A DNA stretch of 64,000 nucleotides from NCBI GenBank assembly GCA_034780895.1, contig JAUZTB010000076.1, positions 45,303,557 through 45,367,556 on the forward strand. The letters run 5' to 3'. Both the position numbers and the translations under genes were made by a program. Positions 21,111 to 35,648 of the stretch are shown piece by piece (the stretch's first letter is position 1; every line of letters starts with the position of its first letter). The notes beneath the pieces were generated by a model. That model searched no databases and was not told the DNA's origin. It saw nothing but the letters and a program-made list of their open reading frames with translations. The DNA comes from Rhynchobatus australiae. Lineage: Eukaryota.

Positions 21111-24100
21111 ATGTTGCAAGAACAATCAGGCTAAAGTATCTGTGCTGTAATGCTCTCTGACTCTATGACTCCAACAGTGGTAATGGAGGCAGTGAGATCT
21201 ATGGCATTTATCTCTTTAAATATGATTAAAAGATCAGGTATCTGGTTATATGCAATTAAAATAAATGTGTTTCTCTAGAGTTGGTTTGAATTTGTATTTT
21301 TCCTCCTTACCAAAGGAGTTGCACATTGTTGATCTAGAAAATAGTTGATGTGTCCTGTAATTCAATGATTACAATAGAGGTTGCAGGCATTGTAACTCTT
21401 GACAGAATTTGAAAAAAGGGCTATTCTTATTAGTTAAATGCAGAGCTCTACATGGGTGTAGAAAAATGATGAGTAGCAAACATGTGAGGATAGGTGACTG
21501 CTTTGAACTTCTGCTTTAACATCAGTGGAGATCAAGTAGTATTATATTCAGGTGTCCCTGCAGGACAATAGACAACTGCATAAAACAATAAACAGGAGAA
21601 AAGAAACTGAAAATATCCAGAAGATTAATAAGTAACTTACATCCTTGATGGCGTTATCATAGAACCACCTTTTGCAAACTGGTGGGGGGGAAGGAGTGTT
21701 TGTTGGAGACAGTTTTCTCCATAGATATTTTTTATATATGCGTATAGCCGCATAAGTGTTTCCTCATTATTAACAAGGTAATTGCATTTTGTTGTACTGC
21801 CAATGATCTACACATCACCAATCATAACACAGTATATGTTGTGTACTTCAAAGGTTCAACTATAGTAAGTCATGTTTCCTGCAGTGCTATGTGCCAAGCA
21901 ACCTACAGACACCACACACCCGCTATCCAATCTGCTCAAGGTACTACCACCACCACCAGATCCCTATGTCAGCACTGCAGCAAGCCTGCATGGAGTAGTA
22001 GTACATTTAAGGGTGTAATTGACTATTACTGCTGAATGTGCTAGCATAGTAGGTCACCATAGCTTTGGAGAAGCTGACAAGATTGAAGAATGAGGACCAC
22101 CAGTTTCATTTTATTCAACAGATAAACGCACAGTCACCATCAGGTTTCACTGCTGTACAGCTGACCTTACACCCCAACACTTCAGTCTCTTGGTTTAAAG
22201 AAACACAGTCAAGCATGCTCGGCAGATATGAAATAAAGATTTATTTCAATGGGCCAACAATCGCTGGGGTGGGGGATATTGGGAAAGTGATCACACATAC
22301 TGAAGTCATGTGTTTCCCCCTGCATTTTCCTTCATCTTGATGGTAGGGTGAGCAGCAATAGAAAAGGAAAATACTGTCTTAAGACACTCACTTCCCTTAG
22401 GTGCTGGTGGCGAAGTCATAGTAGTTGCAATGGTGGCAGACAGTGCCAACACAGTCATACATCATATTTTAATGCAGCAGTAAAGAGTATCAATAATTTT
22501 TTTTAAAAAAAGAATGTTAATTCCACAAATGTTTGCAGTATTCTGTGGAGTTGCCCAATTTAGCAATAAGGCAATAGCACCAATTTAACACAACAATAAA
22601 TAAGGGTGAAACCCAACTTCAAGGCTCTTGACTGTACATTGATATGAAAAAGTGAATTGAGAATTTATTACTTAGAGCTAAAAAGATATAATTGGTCCCT
22701 AAGCTGCCATTCAGTGTTCTCAGGGAAAGAACAATTCATCCAGGATACACGGTGCAGCTGTAGTAGCAACATAACACATTAAAACAGGCAAAAAAATGAG
22801 GCAAAAAAGTAAAACAATAACACAAGCAACAACCACATGGAATTTTTGGATACTATTAACATAGAGCTTAGTGGTCTCAGACTTCATGAGGTGCAAGCCC
22901 TAAACAGGCATGGAGCCAGAGGAGGAGATGGTAAGAAGGGGTGACACTTAAAGAAAGGAGATATGTAGAGATGGCTGAAAAAGTAGATTTTTGAAGAAAT
23001 TTCTGAAAACATCAAGAGATCAGCAAGGCAAACGAGTTTACAGAAAAGTGGGGCTCAGGCTGCTTAAGATTCTTCATCCAAAGCTGCAGAAGACCAAAGG
23101 GTGAAAAGGAGGCATGAGGTATAACTGGAAGACACATGGTAGGAAGTGATGATTTGCACAAGCATCTTTGATATATTGCACTGAGAGGTGGTGAACCAAT
23201 AACAGGCTGGTAAATGAGGACAGGAATGCAAAATTTGGTGTGGCAAAGGACATAGGTTGCAGGGTCAGACAGAACTTCCAAATGTTACAACTTACTTTGT
23301 AAGAAATAGGAAATAATCTGTCGACCTATCCCCATCTCCACTGTTTTTACTGACTACACAGACACTCAAGCAGGCAAGGCAAAGGAGGATACGGACCTAG
23401 TTCAGGCAAATGGGAATTGTATAAATGGACAAAAAAGTCAGCATGGACATGGTGGGCCAAAGTGCAAATTTCTATGCTGTACAACTCTATGAGTCTACCT
23501 TTTTAACACTGCTGCTTTCCCAGTCAATAATTTCTACAAGACTGATGGAGGTAAGATCTCCAGTGACTGAACCACTCCGAAATGTTCTTTCATCAATTTA
23601 TTTTACCGTAACCTGGAAATTGTACTGTTTCATTTTACTTGTACTGTGGGTTGATGTACCCTCATACATCTAAATTTCAATTTTAATTCCTTCACCATGA
23701 TGCAGAATGAAAATCTCAGTTCTTGTTGTCAAGAAATGAAGTGACAGAATTAGCACGCTGATATTTCCTCTTTAAAATCCATGTTCAAATCCAATCCGGA
23801 CTGATAGGAGGGAAGTTGCCTCTACATCCAAAGAATTTGCATTAAACAAGCTTGGGAGAGGTTCCTATGTGTTCCCAGTGGACACTGGATTCAATATTAA
23901 ACTAAATATTTAAAATAAGTTACCAACTTCTGTAAAAGGGTGGAATGTAGGTTTCTGATGAAGGTGCCACACTGATGCAGAAGGTGGTTCTTATGTGCAG
24001 GTCACCCCCAGGCTACAGCAGGGTTCCATTCCTGTGAACTGTTTGCAAGTTGGAAACGTGGCCACATGAGTTCCCACCCAGCAGACGATGCCTGCAGCCC

Positions 24101-24820
24101 CATAGCAGCTGGTGAATCCATCTTGCTGCTCTCCCAAGTGCTCATTCATATGTACATGCTGTACATACGTCAAGTGTCATAAACTCAGGAGGGCCTGTAT
24201 GGTGAACATATACTAGACAAAACTCCATTCTTGGAGGTATATGCAGCTGTAGTTAGTGACAGAATGTAGAACACCTGCCTAGAAATACTATCATGTGCCA
24301 CAGACTTTCAGAATCCATATTTTAAGCAACAGCAGGCTGATAATAACAACATTTCTACACACTGTAACTGAAAGACATGGAATTTCCATTTCAGTTTCCT
24401 TTTAAATGAAAGATTTCCAGATGGGCCAGCACAAATTTGAATGAAATTCTGCATATTTGTCTAATGAGCTTGGAGTGTAAAAATCATAAATTCATTAGTT
24501 GTCACTAATATTTTAACATCAAGTTAAGGTGTGATAAATGGAGGTGTGATAAATTCTCAAGGGACTATGACATGCTGCTAACCTTGAGCAACAACATTAA
24601 ATTGCTAAATTGTTCTGCTATTTTACAGTTTTAAACAAGAACTTTGTTTGCGCTACCCCTTTCTCTATTTGCCTCTGAATCATGCATGAGAGTATAGATA
24701 TACTGTGCTGTGCATAATAGCTGACGACCAGGAATCAATGGCCAGTGATGAGGCGTGATAAACATGACTGCTTTCAACTGCTTCAATTATAGGGGCCTTG
24801 GTATTAGCAAATGCACTCTC

Positions 24821-24833
24821 TGCTGACTCAGCA
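24821..24833. promoter_or_regulatory. Perfect palindromic Maf recognition element TGCTGACTCAGCA
   Basis: Exact T-MARE consensus in apparently non-repetitive intron-2 DNA, with ACCACA (RUNX) 3 nt away. Confidence 0.5.
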
Positions 24834-25684
24834 CAGACCACAGCTCAAACTGCGAGTCTCCCCCTCCATCGCCCTCCCAACTCCTTCCTTGATTTGTTTG
24901 GCAATGCATCATACCATGAGTTTGAATTCCCATAACCTGCTGAAACATCAGAAAAAGTTCTTTAAGAATAGGAATTAAAAATGGTATTAACATATTGTAA
25001 TTATGCTCAAATAGCTTAAACCCAGGCTCATTTCCAAATATTACAGCCAGAGAAATCCATGGATCAAAAAAGTCTCGAAATATCAGTGGGAAAGAAATCT
25101 TCCTCCAGAAGATAAACAATGTTTACAGGTTATTGCATTGCTAAAATAAATTATAATCTCATTCAGGAAGGTCATCGATTTGATCCCAGTTGTGTGTTGA
25201 GCTTATTGAGAGTAAGCTGCAGCAATACAAGTGCCACATTTGGCCTTGATCTGGGGATAGGCTTTGGGGCTGGCGGAAGGCAGGATCTAAGAGAGGTGAA
25301 AAAAATTCACTTGAATTCCTGCTATTCATATGAAATAATGCATGAAAAGCAAAAGGGTCAAGGGAAAAAAAAAAGGACACGTCTTTTGGCTTGGTGTGAA
25401 TGTAGTGCTACATTACAAAGAGAACTCCACGCCCCCCTAAAACAAACCACATTTCTCGTTTCAAGCTTTCAATAACCGTGCATGAATTATGTCAAATAGG
25501 AGTTAAGTTGTAGACCAGAAAGTTTCATTACAGTGGAACAAATGGCACCATGGAAGCCACACAATATCACGCTGAAACTTTCTGCATCAACATCAGATTC
25601 AAAAGGATGTTTCTTAGATACCTGCTATTGTATTGCTATACTATGCAGAACCCAGCTACATGAAGGCTTTCCAGTTGCCACTGT

Positions 25685-25698
25685 GTTACCTGGGCAAC
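25685..25698. promoter_or_regulatory. RFX X-box-like site GTTACCTGGGCAAC
   Basis: Matches GTNRCC-N2-RGYAAC. Motif evidence only. Confidence 0.3.
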
Positions 25699-28600
25699 TT
25701 GGTTATCATCAGAATCCATCCTATTAATGCATAATGCAGCAACAAACATAATGCAGCAAGTATGGGGCAGAATAAAAAAAGATACCCAGATTGCACATGA
25801 GAAAACACTCGGAAATTAAACAAAAGGATAACTAGGGCATCAGATCTGCTGCTATGTGGTTGATTGTAGTTTTATGTACCCCTAAAATCAACCAATCCAT
25901 TCTTAGAAATGCATTCAAATGTCACTTGTCACCATTCACATTCCAACAACTTCTTGGCAGCTGGTTTCACAATTATCTTACCCTTTTGTAAAAATCTTCC
26001 ACTATTTCATTTTTAAAATTTGCATTTTTCACTATGCACTGTTTCATTGGGAAATAAATTTGTCTGGTTAACACATCTCTTCAAAGTCCAGAAAATTTCA
26101 ATAATGCATCTCGAATTATCCTCTTTTCCAATAAGTTTTCCTCAAGATATAAAGAATTACTTTAGTTACTCTGTAGCCTCCCTAAGATTAAACAAACCCT
26201 CAAATCAATGGTTACATTTGGAATTTAAAACAGACTTGCAAGCCACAAGTAGAATTATTTCATCAGTTTCTTATTTCCAAACAATCTATTACAGTGTAAT
26301 GATTTAGGACTCCTCCTGAAAGTTAAAAACCCAAACCTGTGATTCCAAAGGGTCTTCAAGAATATTTTAATGCAATATTTTTAGAATAATTGATAAAGAA
26401 AATCATCTCAAAATACTGCTCAACATAGAAAATATTAAATTTTTCAATGCTTCACAGACAATCAAACAGCAGTCTGAATTGATAGAGAGAAAGCAGAAGG
26501 GTGGGAAGGTTTGCAGAGATCAGACAGATAGATGGCAACAATGAATAGATTTAAGAATTGTACATTTAACCCATCAGCAAGGGAAAGACAGAGTGAAGCA
26601 CAGAAAATCCAGCTAGAAACAGTTCATCTTGAAAGAGGACAAAAGATGGTGTTTATTNNNNNNNNNNNNNNNNNNNNNNNNNNNAAGCAGAAAAATGGGT
26701 AAAGGCAGCAGACTTTTGTGCTAAGTATCAAGAACAATGGCTTTACTCTTACCAACATTAACTAAAAGTTGTAACTCTTGCAAGATTTGAGGATGGGCAA
26801 ACAGCCTATAGATATTTACATCAATGGTGCTACATTGAACATGTGTTATTGTTATGGCTGGTTGCACCAAAATGTAGCAGAAAGGAAGATTAGGTATCAT
26901 AAATATACACGCTCAAGTTCCTGCAGATGAAGTAATTAAGGGCAGTACGTTGATATGGAAAAGGGTGGCACGGAAAGATCCTTGGGATGGGGAGGCTGTG
27001 GGAGGAAGCAATAATATAAGGGGGGAAGAAAGCTGGATACAAACTAGCTGCTTTAGGCCAAGCAGAAATATAGAAACAATCCTTGGAAGGTTTACAGGGT
27101 CAAAAGTTGAGGTACACATAGTGAGATGGACAAATTGTTTTCAGGAGATATTTGCTCAGGAAATTCCTGCAAAGGTGGTCATGAAGCTGGAAGGCAACTG
27201 AATCTCAGTTCTCAGAAGATCTCAGTAAGGAAGAGAAGATTTGAGCCAACAGGGCAGATGGGTTGAGGGTGAAATCACAAGTGCAGTTTTGAACGGGACA
27301 AGGTCTGTTCACGTCAGAAGCCTCCAAGTCGTAACTGAGCGATTAGAAGATTAGAGGAAAGAGGAAGAATATTCTAAGGAGAACCTAAGTTAGCAGAGAT
27401 GTCTCCCCAGTTGATATTGATCTTAACCAATTAGTACTGGAGACAAGGCCAAAAAAAAAGGCAAGGAAAGGGGAAGAGTGAAGACAGCTATGAAACCCAT
27501 GGTTGTTCCTGTCTAACAAAATGGTTCTATTTGCAGGAACAGTAGCAGCTTTGGCAAAGGGATGTGTCAAAGCATAACATCTCAAGCTAGTTTAATTTTG
27601 TGCTACTCCAATTTAATAAAAATCAACTGAGGTTGAGTTTTTGTAAAACAAGAAGTGACTGTTCTTTTCAGAACACTTTAAAGAATTAGAATCTACAACA
27701 CAAAAAGCAGGCAATTCAGCCAAAANNNNNNNNNNNNNNNNNNNNNNNNNNNNNNNNNNNNNNNNNNNNNNNNNNNNNNNNNNNNNNNNNNNNNNNNNNN
27801 NNNNNNNNNNNNNNNNNNNNNNNNNAGGCAATTCAGCCAATATCTAGACTGCTATTTACACTCCCCACAGGTCTTCATTTCTAATAACCTCCCTCCACCA
27901 TAAAGGAGGATGACAGGATAACAGGATATGGGAGGGAATGGAAACCCGAGTAAGGAACTTGAAGGGATCAGAGATGTTCTTAGCAGCTCTCAATGTGTCT
28001 AAGGTCTCATAAAATAGTGCAGTCCAGATGGTGGTTACAGGCAGAATAATTTACATGAAAGGTAGCACAGAAGTTAGACATGGATGAAAGGATGTGTAGA
28101 TGTAGGTTAAAGCCACTAAGGAGAAGGAATTGTTTAAGATTGGTATAGACTTTGGAGCCTATTAAACAGGAAGAACTTAAATGAAGATCAAGAGAGAAAG
28201 AACAAGAAAAGCTAGTTGAGCAAGAGATAATCACCAAGAAATAGTTTGGTAATTATGGTTATATGGCCTCTTTGAGGACATGAAGTAAATGATGCAAATT
28301 ATAACTGGGATGGTTGAAAGGGGGAAAAAAAAATCAATATTTGGCATTAACTGAGACATGGTTTGCAAAGTGTTCACAGATTCATACACTGCCAGACTGA
28401 GAATAAAAGGACTCCCACTTGCAAGAGAGGGTACATTGTTGAAAGTGTTAAAGGTACTGCAAATGTCAGAAAGGGAGACCACCTAAAAGGGGTACGCAAG
28501 TTAATAAATAAGTTCAGAAGATTAAATTCCAAAATCAAGAAAGAATAACAAAATGGTCACTAGGAATGATAGATTGAAGTAGCAGATGTTTCTGCTAACT

Positions 28601-28928
28601 GAACACCAGGACTAGGCGGTGGCATGGCATACATGCAATTTCAAGGCCATGGGCTCCTTTGGCAGTGAAGAGTGTCTAGGAGACAGGGCAGCAGAGAATG
28701 TGAATTGGTGGAAGAGAAGCACTCAAGGAAGCATGGTCCTGCGGGTAGTACTGGAGGAGGAGTGCTAGGTCAGCCTGAGAGTAGCAAAGGAAGAACAAAT
28801 AGGACAATAAAAGGGTTTTGGGTCTAAAGAGGAGCCAGAACACATGCAAGAAATGGATGGAAACAGAGATACTGAAAACATGTTTACCAGCCTATTTGCT
28901 CCCTTATATTCCTGCATCTTCCTTTGAA

Positions 28929-28939
28929 TGCTGAGTCAC
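28929..28939 (-). promoter_or_regulatory. Consensus antioxidant response element (GTGACTCAGCA)
   Basis: TGCTGAGTCAC on +, an exact RTGACTCAGCA CNC-sMaf site. Confidence 0.4.
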
Positions 28940-31900
28940 ATAGATATACAGTTACTGGGAGAGGTCTGCTGCCTCTGGCAAGTTGCTTAATTAGTTAAAA
29001 CTGGGAGTGCTTTCCATCTCTTTCTCACACACTATCTTTCACACTGGGACATGAGCAATCAGGGAAGTAGAGAAAGGAGTTGCCATCATAAAAACAGATT
29101 AAATGTAACAATATTTTCTTCAACCAAATACTTCCTTCATTCCATCATAAATGCTTATTTATAATCAAGTTTGATTACAAACACACAGCACTAGGTTATC
29201 AATGGATTGTTCAGTCACAAAGAATGAATGATTCTTTATATGAAAGCTGATGGTTTAAATTTCAATATACATCTTCATTTCTGACCTCATTATCTAATTT
29301 AAGCAGGAAAACTACCAAAACACTTGATAGTTTGAAGGAAAAGCATGGGCATTCAGCTAGAAAAGTTGCTACATGCATTAGTTTGAACAACTGGTGACCT
29401 TTAAAAATGTAAATAATTTATCTCGAGAGGGAGATAATAATAAATTGAGCTCTTTCTCAATGCTATATANNNNNNNNNNNNNNNNNNNTAAAGTACATCC
29501 TGTCCATGACGTGCATTTGATTGACTCCAGAGTCAGCAAGTACCAACAATGCTCAAGCTCCACCCAACTATCTTAATTTTGGAACTTGATTAAACAAGTG
29601 TCCCAAAGAAAGCAAGACTTAAAAGCAAAATCACAGCACTAGTCAATTTTTTTTGCAGTGGGTTTGTAAGAGAAAAGAGAAAAATGTTTTCAATTAATCA
29701 AGCTTCCAAGGCCCCTTGGAGAACAATAAGAAAGAGAGCTGCAACGTTCCAGCAAGGTTTGCCACAGGGATGTACTCTGCAGTATGCAATTTCAGATTAC
29801 TATGAACGTGTATCTGTCTTGTAGTCCCCTGCAAACTGCATTTCACAGTTGCATCCATTGCTTGCAATAGTACACCACAAAACAGAGAAACACATGCATT
29901 TTGCATGGGGGATATCATACTTGTCCTTTCCAAGTCACTAGTTAGCATCATGACTCAAGGACTCACCTTTCAGCTTCCTGTTGGGGAGCGGTGGGGAAGG
30001 AAGGGGCCCAGGAAGGAGATGAAAAGGAAGAGTGCAAAGTTTACAGAGGTGTATCATGTGCCACTTGGAAAGGCTGAAATTGTTATACAATTTCACATGC
30101 ACTCTCACCCTAAATGCACAAACCTTGTGAGAGCACACAAACACTTTCACCATGGTGGGTGCTTGATGGTCAGCATGGACTTGATAGGCCAAAGGACCCG
30201 TTTTCTATGCTGTATAACTCAATGACGGATATAACACACAGGAACTGAAATCTCCTCAACAGTACTTCTCAAACCCATTACCTCTACCAGGTACCAAAGG
30301 CATGGGACACCAGCATTTAAGAGTTTCTCTCTCAGGCAAACATAATTCTAACTTGAAAATATAATCACTATTCCTTCGTGGTCCATGGGTTTAAATATCG
30401 GAACTCCCTAACCAAGGGCTGCAGTATTTTAGGGTAGAGGAATCACCACCACCTTCTCCAAAACAGCTTGCAGTAGCTAATCAATAGCCTTGCCAGCAAC
30501 ACTTGCATCCCATAACAGTAAAAAAAAAGAAAGTTCTGATTTTGCTCATCTGACTCTGGACAACAAGCCAACTGTAGCAGCAACACTACCATCAGATTTA
30601 AGTAGATCTACTACTGCAGAAGCAATTCTTACTTTTATCGATTGACTAAAATTTGACCTTCAACCAAGAAAGCACGTCAAGTCTTTTAAATCTCTGGATA
30701 TAATGAATGAAATCAAGAGAATGAAATTACATGATATTCAAACTTCAGCACGGCAGAAATCCAGACAGCTTTCATTGATTATCCACAAAGTATGCCAGCC
30801 CATTCACTTTTAACCCCTGGAATGTCAGATGATTCAGGGAACAGTAAGCACGAGGGAGGGCATGGCCCACCAGGATATTGTGGTGGGGAACGAAACAACA
30901 GTAATGCCATTGGATATCAAGGTTTTGAACCTCTTGTGGTCACTGCTGGCACTTTTGTGGCATGTATGTTATTTGCCACTTATCAACCATCTCTGAATAT
31001 TTGTCTGGGTCTTGCTCTACTTGAGCACTGACTGCTGCAGTACCTGAGGAGCTGCAAATGGAGTTAAACACTGTACAGTGAATACCCCCATGTATGACAT
31101 GATTGTGAAAGGAAGATCAATTCTGAAAAAACTGAAGATGTTTGAACATTGCACTGTAGAGCATCAGTAACATCCAGGAGCTTGGACTGACTTCTGGGAT
31201 GTCTTAAGACTGAAAACACATGTATGCAGATTTGCCGAAGGTACAAAGGTAGATAGAAAACTAAGCTGTGAAGAGGGTGCAACAAGGTTACATCGGGATG
31301 CAGATCAGTTAAGTAACTGGGCAAAAAAGTTAGCAGACAAATTATAATCAGGGCAAATTTAAAAGTTATCCATAATGGTAGCCTTAAGCATAATTGATGT
31401 TCTAGGTATCACAGATTTAATCTTAGATCAATAAAACTTTGCTCGAGTTGTCTCAATTGGCTTGGGAATGTTGTGTTAAAATGAGAGGTTAAAAAAAATT
31501 AAAATGGAAGATCTCACATGATACAATCTTGTTGGATTGAGTCATATAAGGTATTAAACTGTACATTGTGGCCTGTGTGAGAAATGACTTTTTTGTTTGC
31601 AAATGAGCAACCTGTTGAGTTTCAAGAGACCAGATTGGTAGAAAAGGCAGGTAGGATCAAATGGCAAAGAAAAGGATATACTATTAAAATAAATGTTATA
31701 AAAGGAGTTCATGTTTCATGGTGGAATTGTAGATTTGGAGTGTTCATCTTAAACTGATTTTTATTTTACCCAGCTACAGGTGTAAAACAAAGGGTATTAT
31801 GTAAACACCATTAGAATGAAGGTCATGTTGTTATGTGCTTTGCACTGGAGGGAAACATGATTGCAAAAAAATTAAGTAGTGGAAGCACTCAGGTCAGGTA

Positions 31901-32089
31901 GCATCAGATCAAGGGTGTTAAATTGCAAAGTGAAGAACAGGAGTATCTGTGATAGGGTGCAAACCAAAGTAACAATTACTTTAAAAAAGGCAATTGGAGA
32001 CCAAAAGGAAACAACTGAAACAAAAAAAAGGTACAAACACATTTTTGGAGAGAGGGAGTCAGTGGTGGTGATGGGAAGGGGAGGGGACC

Positions 32090-32440
32090 TAAATGGTTAA
32101 ACATTTTAAAATTCAATATCAAGTCCTAGGCATCAATGTTATCCAAGAGGAAAATGAGACACAGAAACTTGAGCTTGTTTTGGGTTCTGCCCCAACATTG
32201 TAGGAGGCCAGGTGACAATGGTGTAGAGAATAAAAGAGACAGGAAGCGCAGGGTCATGGGATTCCACCATCAGATAAATCTTCTTCCTCTCCACTTTCAG
32301 TGCTCCACAGAGGCCATTCCTCAGCAATTTCCATCTCCACCAACCACTCCCTTCTTGAAACACTTTCCCATGCAAACGCAGAAGATGCAACACCCCTTTT
32401 ACATTCTTCCCTCCCCATCATCCAGTGATCTTTCAAATTT
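32090..32440. mobile_element. Degenerate Penelope-like fragments in both orientations
   Basis: Similar to the endonuclease-tail segments at 19030-19130 and 43480-43620. Confidence 0.45.
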
Positions 32441-33014
32441 TTCTATCTTTTGCCACCAACTGCTGTTTTTTTTTAAAAAAATTGTTAGCTTGACAATGCA
32501 TGCCTGCACCCTATCACAGACCCTCTGTTCTCTCCCCAACTGAGTAACAATCCAGGGCTGGGACAATAGGGAGCTCATTAGTTGCCCCCCAAAACATAGA
32601 AAACAATCAACTTCACAACAGGTCTTTGGCAAACTGTCCTCATTAATACATCAGACAGAGTTAATCAGAAGCCATTGGAAGATGAATCCTGGGTAATCAA
32701 ATAGTAGCCACATATCCAGAGAGGATACAAGGAAACAAAGCTAGGCATCAGAAAGAACAAACTCTTTATTGTTGTTTCTACTCTGTTACAGCTTTTTCTA
32801 AAATAGCCCTAGCCCTTCCCAACTTTTCCAGCTCAGCTTCAGATACACAAAGGATCCAAACACAAAGTTTTGTAGCATGTAATTAATACTTCCCCAATTT
32901 CTGCTGTTCTTGGAAAGCTGAGCCAAATGTACTGGCTTAACCCCAAAACAAAATTGCATTTTTTTTAACCTGGAAAATACCTGTACACCTACATGGTCAA
33001 TTGCTCTATTCCCC

Positions 33015-33225
33015 TGTGAACGTGCAGACTNNNNNNNNNNGACTTCTCCAGATGTTCTAGTTTCCTCCCACTTCCTAAAGTCACACAGTTGGTAGTTTAA
33101 CAGGCCACTGTAACTTGTCTCGTGTGCAGGTGAGTGAGTCGATGAGTTGACAGGAATGTAAAATGAGTAGGTGGGTGTTTGATGGTCAGCATGGACTCTG
33201 TGGGCTGAAGGACTTGTTTCCATAC
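33015..33225 (+). mobile_element. HE1-like SINE fragment
   Basis: GTTTCCTCCCACTTCCTAAAG and tail GATGGTCAGCATGGACTCTGTGGGCTGAAGGACTTGTTTCC. Confidence 0.6.
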
Positions 33226-34464
33226 TCAAAGGGTCAACTTTGGACTTTAAAAGCCTGTAGAAAGAAGGAACAGGATTTCAAGACAGATAAGCCTACAATA
33301 AGAATGATTAAGTGTAAGGAGTTTTGATTGCAAGAAAGTAATGCAAGGGACAAATCAGTGATAATCACCAGAGTATCCAGAAAACACAGAGGAAACAAAT
33401 GAAGGAGTGAGAAAGGAAGACGGTACATATGAAAGAGCATGTGCACAAGCATGAGAGACAGAGCAGAAAAAGTTGCTGTGTGTTCGGAACAAAGGGCCAC
33501 ATATTGAATCTTTATGGCATTTGTAATCACATTTCAAATAATGGGGAGGGAAAAAAAAAAGGGTCAGTAAATAGAGCTAATCTTACCCTGAAATTAGAAC
33601 AGTTAGAGACTAATTTTACCTCTTTCCCTGAGACCAGAATGCAAGTTGGGGGGCCAGGGGCAGTGGTGGGAGTGCTAGCAAGCATTGAGAATGTCATATC
33701 TTAGAAACATCAGCAGCAGTGAATTGTCATGAATTGTCATTCAAAATGGAAGGGATGGTAACTGGAAAACAATAATCCAATTGCTGATTGACTCTACAGT
33801 AAACACTGAAAGAATTCTGCCCTTTATTGCCAGCTTCCTGAGTTCATGACAAGCAAATAATACATGGGAGTAAAGATGTTCACTGTTCTTAGTGAACACA
33901 AGCACAGCTGCAAAAGATTAATTGACAGATCATGACATCATTTTTCACTAATCACAAGTGATTTTATACAAAAGTCTGTGGTCAAAATGTCCATATGATT
34001 TATGAATCACTTCCAGACACTGAAAGCTTACTGGGGTCCTGACACAGATCTCAATGCACCCATCCTCCTGAAAGTTCCGCACTTAGAATGCTCCAGTATC
34101 CTCCCACATCCTAAAGATGTGTAGGTTGATAGATTAATTGGGCATTTTAAATTGTCTTATGTAAAGATGAGTGACAGAAGCCTGGAAGGATTGTAGGAGC
34201 GTGGAAGAATCCCTCTCCAGCTCTCATACCAGGCTGTGTAGAAACAGGACGTTATCATCTCCTGTGGAGTTCATTGCAAGAGTTTAGTGACGATCCCATC
34301 ACAGTGCTTGAAGATCTGGGTGACAGCTGATGTGGAGGCATAGACAGAACCCACAAAGTCTTGTCCATCAAGGACAGCTTGTTGTTCTCAATGAGCAGAG
34401 ATGCCAAGGCAAACAGACAGCTGTCCTCATTCAGTACCGAGATGCTACTGGTGAACAGAGTGCT

Positions 34465-34765
34465 GTTATAGAGAGATACAGCAATGGAAACAGGCCGTTC
34501 AGCCCATTGAGTTCACACCAACCATCAAACACCCATTTAACACTAAATTCTACATTAATCCCTTTTTTGTTCTTCCCACATTCTCTTCAACTCCCCATGG
34601 GACAATTTACAGTAACCAACAAGCACATCAATTGGAGGAAACTGCAGCATTCAGAGGAAAACCATGTGGTCAGAGAGCACTGAAACTCCACACAGACAGC
34701 ACTGGAGGTCAGGAATGAACCATGGTCTCCTGCTCTGTGAGGCAGCAGCTCTATGAGCATACCAC
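34465..34765 (-). mobile_element. HE1-like SINE
   Basis: Reverse strand reads LPHRAGDHGSFLTSSAVCVEF-type tRNA head/V-domain, with a CR1-like tail (GGGCTGAACGGCCTGTTTCC). Confidence 0.7.
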
Positions 34766-35648
34766 CCATTGTTCTCATCCTAAGACAGCTCAGGCTTTCC
34801 CCACAATGATGTTGCAGGTGGCAGATCATTTTCCTACAGGGTTAAATTTTGGGCACATATGACATAGATTCTCTCCTGCAGGAGAGGAGACCTGTATGTA
34901 CTTCTGCACTTACATTCCTGTTCACTGTGAGTAGAGTCCCGGTCATACTGCATCGAGTACTGGCTGAAAAGAGTGAAGATAATAGGGTCCAGACACCTTT
35001 GATTCTGGGTCTGTTAGTCAACTCAACTCTGAATACCAAAACAATTTACAGTTGTCTGAGTGCAGTCCCTACACCCCTCTCCACCCAGTCCTCCTCCAAA
35101 AGGTCATATAACAATCAGGTTTGGGAACACTGATATCCTCCTTCATATGAGGAGCAATTCACCTCCCACCAATGCCTCTCAAGCTGCGCATGCACGCACA
35201 CACATTTCTCCACAGCCAGCCAACCCAGACTGCTTCAATTAGCCCTGGACAGTCTGAATCCAGAACATAGGGCAAGAGCTTCATGGGGTATCAAGGACAG
35301 CCACACGACTTACAAAAAAGGATCAACTTCCCAGCTTTCAAATTACAGCAACACGAGGCACTAAACATAATGCTGGCACAAAGCTCACCTACAAGGCCAG
35401 CAAATGGGAAAGGCTTGGGAATCTGTAACTTTATAGACAAATGTCATAATTTTCCATGCAAGGTATTTAATATTGCTTTGTTATAAAACTGCCAATATAC
35501 TGGCACTGTTCAAATGCCTTCTCATTTAAGGCAAACAGAACTTACTTCATTGCATAGAGATGAGTCACACTGGTATGGTAGCTCCCGGAACTGCTGCATA
35601 TACTGCCATACTTCAAAAAAGGTTGCTAACTTCATCCACACCACACGT

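Noticed and set aside
25729-25760. Short duplication CATAATGCAGCAA x2
   Set aside because: A 13-bp local slippage duplication with nothing else to support function.
27710-27840. Direct repeats flanking exact 100-N gaps (also 41136-41274 and 50764-50972)
   Set aside because: Typical unmerged contig overlaps at scaffold gaps; assembly artefacts rather than biological repeats.
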